From the NCBI RefSeq assembly GCF_009914755.1, contig NC_060925.1: 64,000 bases of DNA, one strand, 5' to 3'. This stretch comes from the human T2T-CHM13v2.0 reference genome, Homo sapiens. The position numbers and the translations under genes were made by a program. Each line of letters opens with the position of its first letter. Positions within the stretch are counted from its first letter, which is position 1. A model generated the notes under the pieces. The model did no database searches. It saw only the letters and a program-made list of their open reading frames with translations, and had not been told where the DNA came from. Below, one piece after another: positions 52,690 through 64,000 of the stretch.

Positions 52690-53330
52690 TTCAGTTCTTT
52701 CATGCTCCCCATATTGTCATGGCCACGTTTGAATCATGTTATCGGCAAGTCTGACCGAAAAAGCAATTTAATATTGCCCTGTGTTGCATCATTGCATATA
52801 TTATTTCAGCCTGTCACGGGCCTGTCAGCAAGTCTTGATGAAGTACAGAGCCAATAGTAACAGGCCTGAAATCTGACAGCTCTTTAACAGAAGCTGCTCC
52901 GATTGGTGCAGTGGTATTTCTTCAGAAATTAAGGCCTTCTTGGTCTCTTTGTTGATACAATTAGCAATCCAATCTGAGTCATTTTATCTCCCAATGAGCT
53001 GTATCTTCAGGGCTGGTAATTCAGTCTGTTGCATGGCTTGGAAAAACAGAGCCATCAGAGGCCTGTGATGTACCAAAGGCTGCAGCCAGGAATATCTTGG
53101 TAATTTATCCCCACTCTCAGCTCTAATTATTCTGTTCTTCACTGGCTGGTTCGATTGAGACTCTCCAGGTTCAGCCTTCCCTAAGCAGAGAACAAAAGGT
53201 TTCCCTTGAAAGTTGGGGCCTGGCAATGTCAGTACAGTGAGCTGCGTATAAATAATGCAGCAGTGCCGGCTTCATTTTTATAAAATCTTGGTGGAGAAAT
53301 GCATGAGAATGATCAGGCCCCTGGAACTCA
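52690..53330. promoter_or_regulatory. Candidate enhancer / conserved non-coding element
   Basis: Repeat-free block with three TGACAG, four CCAAT/ATTGG, one TGAGTCA and retained CpGs; inferred from motifs only. Confidence 0.4.
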
Positions 53331-53888
53331 GCAGGCATGTGCTTTTGATGTGCGCCTTGCTCTGAGTAAAAGCAGGAGAATAAAAAGTTCTTGTTTGTGC
53401 TGAGGCTACTTCATGGTCTCTGGCTCGGATTTTGGTGACCCTTTCGCTTTGTTTCTGATAGAGTCTGGAGGCTCCTACCTAACTAGGAAAACTCTGATAT
53501 GTATATAGAGGGAAATACCTTCAGTAACTATTTTCTGATTGAAACTAAAGATGATGAAAATAAAGATGGTGATTATAGTAGCTTTACTTATATTAGCTTT
53601 ACTTACATTCCCTCATTTTAATCTTCCTAAGGTTAGAGTTATCTGGCTAGGCTATTTTCTCTATACCTTCTGCTCTCCCAATTAGCCTTATATCTTTTCT
53701 TTTTTCTGGTCAGATTCCCCAAAAATAAATATTCAGGGTGTGAACCTAGCAGCCAAAGCTCTGGGAGCTGAGTCGGGGAAAGGAGCTTGAGGGCTGGCCT
53801 GCAAAAAAGCAGATACTGAATCAGTCTCTTTTTGTCAAGATACTCTACCCTTACCTGGACCTTTTATCGCACCCTATCTAAGGGTGGA

Positions 53889-54251
53889 TGCTATGGTTTG
53901 GCTGTGTCCCCACCCAAGTCTCACCTTGAATTGTAGCTCTGGTAATTCCCATGTGTTATGGGAGGGACCCAGTGGGAGATAATTGAATCATGGGGCTGTT
54001 TCTCCTCCTGCTGTTCTTATGGTAGTGAATAAGTCTCACAAGATCAGATGGTTTTATAAGGGGGAAACCCCTTTCACTTGGTTCTCCTCCTCTCTTGTCT
54101 GCTGCCATATAAGACGTGCCTTTTACCTTCCACCATGATGGTGTGGCCTCCCCAGCCACGTGGAACCATGAGTTTATTAAACCTCTTTTTCTTTATAAAT
54201 TACCCAGTCTCAGGTATGTCTTTATCAGCAGTGTGAAAATGGACTAATACA
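53889..54251 (+). mobile_element. THE1C MaLR solo LTR, full length
   Basis: 'tgctatggtttggctgtgtccccaccc...ggactaataca'; THE1C-like 'ggggaaacccctttcacttggttctc'; 5-bp TSD gtgga/ttgga. Confidence 0.93.
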
Positions 54252-55628
54252 TTGGACCTTAGTACTTTTCTTCCGTAGTGTGGGAGAAGTAGTACCCTGG
54301 TTGCTAATAGTGAGGTCACATGGGATCTAATTACTTCCTAAACATACTTTTTGTACCATCTGCTGTTTTTAGCCTCATTTTTATCCTCACTTTCAGGGGT
54401 GGTGAGCACCACCACCTCCTGAACTTTTTGGGTCTCTGTAGGGTAATCATTTTGCTTCTGGGTTTTTCCTGCTGCTATTTAGGTTTTACCTTTCTCAAGT
54501 CTACCAAGAGAGTTACTACTACCATGGTTTTTGGCTTTTAGATTTTCGATGCTGTCATCTTCTATCCTGTTCTCATTGTGGGTTTTTGCCTCTTTGAAAC
54601 ATTCTTGTACAACCATTTTGTTGGAATTTTTAAAGGGCACAGAGTTCAACACGTGTAGTCAATCTGGCATCTTTAATCAGAAGCCTCTTTTTGTTTTTGT
54701 ACTTTTTGAAATAGGAAAGAAGGTCTGCTAGAGATCTGGCATGCATTTGTGTCTTGGGCAGTAGGTGGTGGGAGGAATGTGAGGTAGGCAAAACCAGGAG
54801 AGCATTGTTGGAAGGCTCTCCTGGTTCCATTGAGGTTAATGGTCTATGCAAGGAACCCAGTGTTCTGCTTCATGCACTCCAGGAGTCTAACTTTTGTCTC
54901 TTCTCCAGCCTGCATACAGAGCAGTATCTAAAGATCTAGGCTTTATAATAGAAGCCATTAAAAAATGATTAGGAACCTGAAAGCTTCCTTCTATAACTGA
55001 GATCTGAAGGTTTTTATTCATTCACTTAATTAACATGCATTGTGCTCTCAAAATTTGCCAGAGTAGCATTGTGCTTATTCATCCATATAACTGGATGAAA
55101 AAGGCAGATATGGACCCTGCTGTGGGAGGTTGTGGCCTGACCTTATATACTGAAATTTCCAGAAGGCCAGATAGAGCATCAAGAAATAAAATAAAATAAT
55201 AACATTCTTTTATGATAATGAGATAGATCCTTCAGTGCCTCCTGGTCTTCCCCACTCATACACACTCATGCCTAAAATAGTCCACGGTTCTGGACTCCTT
55301 TAGTGGGCCAGATCCTTTCATCACCATGGGCTGCTGAGACCACTGGAATTTCAGGCAAACCTATAAAACAGGGGCAGCTTTAGGTGACCACATTCTGTCA
55401 TGAATCCTTGATTTCATATACAGTTTTTGCATTACATGTTTGCTAGTCCTAGGCCAAAACAAAAGGAGAAAAGATCTAATTTTAGCTGAGTTCGAGTTGC
55501 CTTTCTAAAAATTATGATTTCTTCTTTATGAGTCTTTTTGGTGAATTGACCCTTTTCTCAATATGTAATGTACCTGTTTATTCCTGGTAACATTTCTTGT
55601 TCTGAAGTCTACTTTGATATTAATATAG

Positions 55629-55962
<334 letters not shown>

Positions 55963-56057
55963 TGCATGCCATATTTTTGCATCTTTTTACTCTTTATCTT
56001 GCATTTTTATATTGAAAATAAGTATTTTTTGTTTGTTTTGTTTTGTTTTGTTTTTAT

Positions 56058-56355
56058 CCAGGCACTGCGACTCACCTCACACCTGTAATCCCAGCTACTC
56101 ACAAAACTAAGGCAGGATGATTGCTTGAGGCCAGCAGATGGAGACCAGCCTCAGCAACATAGTGAGACCCCCATCTCTAAAAAATAAAAAAAAGAAAAAG
56201 TAATCTGGGCATGGTGGTGTGTGCTTATAGTCTCAGCTACTTAGGAGGCTCAGGTGGCAGGATTCCTTAAGCTCAGGAGTTAAAGGCTGCAGTCAGTCCT
56301 CATCATGCCACTGCACTCCAGCCTGTGTAACAGAGTGAGCTCTTCTCTAAAAAGT
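56058..56355 (+). mobile_element. AluJ (Jo/Jr-like) SINE
   Basis: 'gattgcttgaggccag...caacatagtgagacccc...aggctgcagtcag'; diverged dimer with short tail. Confidence 0.9.
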
Positions 56356-59300
56356 AGAATAAGTTTCTTTTAAACTCCATATAGTTGGGTTTTATTTTTA
56401 TTCAGCTTTATTATCTCTGCCTTCGCACTGGAGATTTTAGGTCATTTACATTTATTGGTTGGGTTTTAATCTATTTTCTTTTTCTGTCTTCCATATATTC
56501 TATATAATTATTCCCTTTTCCTGTATTCTCCAGATTACTTAAATATTTGTTAGTATTCCATTTTATCTCTAAAAAGTTTTACCTCTTGCCAGTTTCTAAT
56601 ATGCGTCTTTCACTTATCACAGTCGACCTTAAAATAATTTTGATGCCTCATTATATATAATACACTTTCATATCTTCCTGTGATTTGTGCTATTATTCTC
56701 ATATGATTTGTTCATGCATTGGATTGTATAAAGATTTAAATTCAATTTTTTTAAAGAAATTTATGTCTGTTGTATTTACTCACATATTTAGCAGTTCTGA
56801 TACTCTTCATTCCTTTGTGTGTGTTCACATTTCCATTTGGTATCTTTAACCCATGTAGTTTCTGCATGAATTATAAAGTATTCTCCTTCTCCCTCCTCCT
56901 ATATGAGTATACAGAATTGAGTTTGTTGATTGTATTAACACCCTTTAATTCCCCAGTAGTAATAATAATAGCTATTATTACTCTTATAGTTTACATGTCT
57001 CTTCACATTCTGAAAGTACAATCACATATTTAAATAGAATTGTCTTTTTTCAAATGCTTTTTAAATTTTAGAAGCTCTTGTTTCATATATTTCATACTAC
57101 ATTGTTTGGTTCATAAAATATTATGAATGGTAGTTTTCTTGGATTGAGCATTTTGTCATTATGAAATATTCTTCTTTTCCTTGTTAAATATTTTTGATCT
57201 TGATTCTACTTTGATACTTATATTGTCATTTAAAAATTTTTTTGTTTGTATTTGTTGTAGAACATTTTTGAAAGAAAACTGAATCACATTTTAAAAAATC
57301 TGAATTATAAACAAGGTATATAGCTTAATTTTAACCACAGTATGATTAATCTTATCTTTTAACTGGTTGTGGAATTCAGCCCATTCACATTTGATGAAAT
57401 ACTGAGATAATTGACCTTATTTGTTCCATCTTATTTTGTTTTCTATTTATATTACATCACTCCCCATTCCCTTTCCTTTTTGTTTTGTGTGGTTTATTGG
57501 TTTCACTGGCTTGTTAATTTTTTCTTTATTCCCTTTTATTCCTTGTTACTTTGAGAGTCCTACTAAGTGTTTTGTTTCTACTAGTGGTTACATTCTCATT
57601 CCTTATAACCAACAATAAACTTATGTTCTGCCTAAACATGTATATGTATTTCAAGGAACGTTTTCTGTGTACCCCTTCTCTAGACTCTTACTTAATATTT
57701 GCTTACTTAATGTTTATTTTCAGTTCCAGACTGTTACTAAGTTTTTTTTGTTGTTGTTTGTTTTTTTTTTGTAGAACAGCAAGCCTATTGTATTTTAAGA
57801 AAACTCAATATTACAGATTCCTGCTTACATTATTATTATCCACTTAGATTTCAATACGTATATGCATATATTTTTATGCATATATGTATATGTTTAAGCA
57901 TATTATGCACATACATGCATATATATACATATATGCAGGAAAGAGACACACAGAGTGAGAAAGGGTCTCAGTGTCTACTGGTTCCTCTAGTCTTTGATTT
58001 CCACCATATTGAGAAAGCTGCTCTGAATCAATTGTTATTTGGTTATACTCTTTCTCAAGTATTGTCCTCAGACAGTGCTTATGAGTTTACTTTTTGAATC
58101 CTTGTGTGTTGAAAATGTTTTTTTTGCCTCTTACAGCTAAATAATATTTTGTCTGGGTATAGGATTCTTTAATCAGTTTCTCGTAATAGTTTGTACATTA
58201 TTCTAGTGTCTTCTACATTCCAGAGTTGTAGATGAGAATTCCCTTAGCTAGGATTAATCCTTTGTAAGTAACCTATTCTTTCTGTCTGGAAGCTTGTATA
58301 ATTTTCTGTTTACTCTTGAAATTCAAGTGTTTCCTGGATTTACTTCCTGGACTTAATGAGACTTTTAATCTGTGGGCTTAAATCTTACTTCAGTTCAGTA
58401 TAATAAAATACCTAGCCCTGTATTCATTTAATTACAGTATCTCCCTCATTTGTTCTTTTCTTTTTTTTTTTTTATTCCTTTTCTCTCTCCTAAAAAACAC
58501 AAAATCTGTTCTGGAATTTCTGTTATTCTCATGTTAGGCTTCTGGAATCTGTCCTCCAAGCCTCTTATCTCTTCCATCATTATGTCAATCTCTTTGTATC
58601 TTTGCTACTTGTAGTAGCAAAGTGGGAGAGATGGTGAAATGAATGAGCAAAGACAGTTACTATGGTAAATTAAGATAAAGATAAAGATAAAATTCAGATG
58701 TCATATGTCATATTTCATTTACTTGGTCTTCCAGAGCATTAATTTGATTTTCATTAGTGTCAGTGATTTTTTAGTTCTTCTGTGGAAATTTTAAACGTAA
58801 AATCAGTATTTATACTTCCAGAAAGAATTTTTTGCATTCTTCTGATTTCTCATTGTTTTCATCATTAAAAGATTCTACCATATTTTTCATCATTTCTACT
58901 TCTGTGGGACTTGCCTCTTGTAGATGTTCTATGTGGTCTCTCAGGTGAACTACTCCCATTAAGTTAGTTAATGTTTTTGTTTTGCCTACTCATTGATAAA
59001 TGCTATTTTGACTTTCATATAGGTTTTTAGTATCTATTCTGCATTAACAAGTCTGAAAGCAGTGAAAGGTACATCAGTTCCTGCCCTGGCACTTGGGCTG
59101 GCAGTCACCCAACCGGCCAACAGCAAGTGGCCCCTTCTTTCTTCTTAGAGCACCCTTGGTGGAAGCAGCACTCCTCTCTAGCTGCCAATCTTAGAAGCAA
59201 CTCAGACTGCCAGTGTAGCCCTGACTCTGTAGGGCCCCTATCTCTAATTCTAATTTTACAAACCTTTGGGTGGGGGTGACTAGTAGGTACAGCTTGCCTA

Positions 59301-59784
59301 AAGGTGAATAGTTATCCAAAGAGGGCAAGTTGCTAAAACACTTCAGGAAATGTCAAAACTGGTCTTAATAGAAGACTCCCGGAGGGGTAAGCCCTTTGTT
59401 CTGCTGCTAGTACCTTGCCTTTACCCACTAATAATATGAACAAAGTCCTATGTTTTCTTTCCCTCCTGGAGAGTTTTGGAGTACCTGTGGCTTCAATTGT
59501 ACTCACTAAACTTTACCAGTTCTGCTGCTTAATAGCACGTCCATATTACCCATCAGTTTGATTTAAAGAAACTCAATGAATTGGACCCTAATATTGTTTG
59601 AATAATCCCAATGAAGGAGGGAGTTGCCAGAGGCATCTGTAGCCATAAAACTTCTGTAGTCATCTTCACTCCAGGCATACTCTCTTATTTTAACTTCTTG
59701 TAAAGACCAAGACATCCCTAACTTTCCCTTTATTGGGGAAAAAATCTGCTTGGAAAAACTTAGTTATGCTGTGAAGTGTTGAGT

Positions 59785-60345
59785 TTTTAAACTATTGCTG
59801 TATTATGAACCACAACCAATGCTTGTTAGTTTAATACAGTAATCATTTATTTGACTCATGGACAGCTCATTTAGGCTGTGCTGTCCTAGGTGATCCTTCT
59901 GGTCTCAGTTGGACTCACTCACTGGAGTCTTGGCTGACTGATCCACGTTGATCCAAGACAACCTGGGGGTATCTGATCCAGATTGAGCTCAGCTGGCTAT
60001 TGCCCTGCTCCATGTTTCTCTTATCCTCCTCATGGGACCAGTGGACTAGCCTAGAATGATCTCATGGCAGTGCCAGAGGTGCAAGAGAACAAGCAGAAAC
60101 ACATAGAATCTCTTGAGGCTCAGACTCGGAACTGGCATGCAGTTACTTCTGCTTCCTTATTTTGGCTAAATTCAGTCATGTGACAGAATCAGAAGTCAGA
60201 GGTAAGGAATCAGAATCAGAGGTAGGAAAGGAAGCCCTGCCTACAATGTGGGGGACAGGAGGAGGAGGGTGCAGTACTACAAAGTTACATGGCAAAGAGT
60301 GTGGGTATGTGGAGACATGAAGACTTAGGGCCATGAACTCAACCT
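59785..60345 (-). mobile_element. MLT1G/H-like MaLR LTR
   Basis: 'ctgctccatgtttctcttatcctcc', 'tctcttgaggctcagactcggaactggca...acttctgc...ttggctaaa'. Confidence 0.65.
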
Positions 60346-60969
60346 TTATCAGCTGTTGAGAAATACAGTGCAATATTTTAAACTTACAATGGTACCTCAA
60401 GAGAGAGAGCCACGAGTTTAGCTTGGAGGTAGTAGAGAAACTTTCACAGAGGAGCTGACATTGGAACTGGACCATAAGGACAACCTGGAGTTTACCAAGC
60501 AGACAAAGATAGGTGAAAGGAGTAATAATCCATTAAGATGGAAGGAGAAGTCAAAGTAGAGGCCCAGCACTCTACAGACAAGAATGGGACATCTGGGGAT
60601 TTAGGAGTTACCCTGTGTGATTGGATCATTGGAAACAATCCTTCTATACTGCCTTTTGCTCCCTAATATTACTCTTGCCAGGGAGCTATCGTACCTCCCC
60701 AAAAGTTGGAATTTCAGATGTCATATGCCAGGAGGAGTTAGCATATTGTATACTCTTCAGAACATGTTACATAGGTGGGCTGCCTTCTCCACTTATTAGA
60801 GATGTATGTTGCTTAAAAAACCGTGAATAATTTAGCATGTTTCTAGAAGTGCTTGCATTCCTTCAGTATATTTATGCCACTTAGCATAGCTCAATGTGTT
60901 CTGTGATCTGTGCCACATGTAAAAAAATCATTAATGATAAGTGACATTTGTTGGCTTTCAAAAGACATT

Positions 60970-61310
60970 TAAGCCTCACTCAGTGCTACCTCCTCTATGA
61001 ACCCCTCCTTGATATTTCCTCCCTGTCTCCCACCAGATTATGTCAGGTTCTTCTGCTAAAGGCTTTCATTTCTCCCTCTACTTCCTTCAGAGTATTCATG
61101 GCTGTTTGTTAGTATATGATTTTAGTTGTGATTATTTGATCAATTTCTGTCTCCCCAATTAAACTTTCAGCTTCTGTGACTGCAAAAGACTAGATATTTT
61201 GCATACCACTGGTTTCCTGGATCCTAGTATAGTGCCAGGATCATAGTAACTGAATATTAAACATTTATTAAGTGAGTGAGTGAATGCATGAATCTATGTG
61301 AGTGACTGAA
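60970..61310 (+). mobile_element. L2 3' fragment
   Basis: 'tgctacctcctctatgaaccc', 'cctagtatagtgccaggatcatagtaa' and a (GAAT/GAGT)n tail. Confidence 0.65.
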
Positions 61311-62435
61311 TGAGATACATCTAGACTATTGTCCTTGTGAGATAGGTTTTGGGTTATCTTTAAAATTGCATGAGCTCCCAGGTTTACCATTTACCTACCA
61401 TGTAATGGACAAACGATTCATTCTTTAATGTTTCCATTCAGTCAGTGTTCATTGTGGCTTGTCATAATCCTGAATGTGAATGAGGTATTTGTGATACAGA
61501 GAAGAGTAAGGCTGATTCTGGGCTGACGGAGTTGCTGGTTTAGTGGGAGAGATGGTGAAATGAATGGGCAAAGACAGTTACTGTGGTAAATTAAGATAAA
61601 GGTATGTCCAGATTGGAACTTGGAGAAGAAGCTTTTCACTCAGTCTGCCCTTCATTGGGGCTTCCTGAAAAAGGACAATCTGAGCTGAGTCATGAAGGCT
61701 AACTAAGAGTTAGATGCATAATGGGGATGACTGTTCCAGGAAGAATGAAGCAAAAGGGTTCAGTACACAGGGAAGTGGGAAATCAAGGCTCACTATAGCA
61801 AACTCCAAATAATTCAGTATTGCAGAATGAGAAGGCAAGGGTGGGGATGGCCAGAACGGAGTGACTGTGGAGATGGACACAGTCATATCACAAAGGGTTC
61901 TTTAAGCCCTGCTGTGCATTGGATTTTGTCCTGAAGTTAGAGCGTAGCAATTGAAGGATCTTAATCAGAGATTGACATAAAATATTTTATTTTATAAAGT
62001 TTGCCCTGGGTACAATATGGAGAACAGATTATAAGGCAATAAGACTGTAGGGGAGCAATATGAAGAAGCAGTTACTTACCCAGCATGATAAGGGCTATGG
62101 TAGAAGACATACTCCATGCTCTGGGAAATCAGAAGAGGAGTGCCTAACCCAGAACTGGAATCTCAGCCTAGGCTAAAGTAAGAGTTTGAATTATCATGGT
62201 GAAGAAGCTGGGATGAGTTTTCCCAACAGATGGGGGTAGGGCAAAGGCACTGAAGTATGTCAGAACATGACTTTCTTCAGAGAACTGCAAGTAACTTTTT
62301 ATTGTTAGACTACAGAATATTAAGGGTAAATTGAGAAATGTAGCTGGAAAGCATCTAGCGTTCAAGTCTTCCTCCTATTAAATATTGCCTTAGACTGGGA
62401 TGACCATACTCTTTATTATCTCCACCAGACACTTT

Positions 62436-63127
<692 letters not shown>

Positions 63128-63708
63128 AGGGCTGAGACTTTTGAAAGTGAAGGAAGGTACTATCCATAATTAACAGGTATCCATGGAGACTTTTTACCTA
63201 AGCAGGGATGTGTCATTATCTACACTGGCTTATTCCACTTCTTTAATACCTCTGCAGATACCTGGACGGGTATTTTGCAAAATATAAAGGAAGCCTCACT
63301 CATATGGTCAGTTCTATCTATATCTCTTCTATTTTCTTAGGTCTCTCTGCTCCCTGGTGTGTAAGTGGACATATTCAGCAGAGAAAGGCTGGGACGACAG
63401 TTTCTGGAAAATGATTGGTTTGGAAGACTTTGTTGCAGATAATTACAGCAAAATAGGTAAAAGAATAAAACATCTGTAGAGTGATTATGTGCATTGGAGG
63501 ATCTTGATGGGTTTGTTGTTATTGTGGTTTGTATGTTTCTTGTTTTTGTATGCATGAAAATACAGGAATGAAGTTCACTTTTTCCAAGACAAATGAGTTA
63601 ATTATGATGGGTAGGCCATGACTAGTAGGCTCTTGCCTTAAGATTTATATGAACTGAGTAGAGATACATGCTATGAAAATCTGCATTGAAATATAGAATC
63701 AGAAATTG

Positions 63709-63995
63709 CGCTGGGCATGGTGGCTCACACCTGTAATCCCAGCACTTTGGGAACTGAGGCAGGCAGATTGCTTGAGCCCAGGAGTTCGGGACCAGTCTGG
63801 GCAACATGGTAAAACCCCATTTCTACAAGAAAAATACAAATGTTAGCCTGGCCTCGTGCATATGTCTGTAGTGTCAGCTACTCCGGAGGCTGAGGTGGGG
63901 GGATTGCTTGAGCCTGGGAGGCAGAGGAGGTTGCAGTGAGCTGAGATCGTGCCACTGCATGCAGCTTGGGCAACAGACAGAGCAGAACTCTGTTT
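63709..63995 (+). mobile_element. AluJb SINE
   Basis: 'gattgcttgagcccaggagttc...ggattgcttgagcctgggagg'; runs to the window end. Confidence 0.93.
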
Positions 63996-64000
63996 TGAGG

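Noticed and set aside
61200-61500. Tail-to-tail L2 ends as a possible miR-28/151-type hairpin
   Set aside because: The arms are too diverged to pair and I recognised no mature miRNA sequence.

Overview
This is primate (Alu-bearing, most likely human) genomic DNA, AT-rich and dominated by interspersed repeats. I found nine Alu/FRAM copies, many MIR and L2 relics, L1PA/L1MA/L1MB/L1MC/L1M fragments, solo LTRs (THE1C, MLT1A, MLT1H/J-like, MER21, MER83-like, LTR33-like) and DNA transposon relics (MER1B, MER3, MER5A, MER20, MER58A, MER82, MER94). No protein-coding exon, RNA gene or CRISPR-like array can be supported; the ORF track consists of short random, Alu-derived or microsatellite-derived frames. 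The long L1 pieces are mostly antisense and the + strand looks T-rich, consistent with a long intron of a + strand gene that I cannot name. I found no evidence of a novel multi-gene system. The most unusual direct observations are: (1) a 49-bp fold-back inverted copy of flanking DNA inside the 5' end of a MER1B hAT element (~50.8-50.9 kb); (2) a 60-bp, 58/60-identical copy placed 2.9 kb from its partner (58.6 and 61.5 kb); (3) a repeat-free block dense in TGACAG/CCAAT/AP-1 motifs (~52.7-53.3 kb); and (4) a sense THE1C LTR retaining a DUX4 site and splice donor. Repeat subfamily names come from recalled consensus sequences and need RepeatMasker/Dfam confirmation. Boundaries of old elements are approximate.
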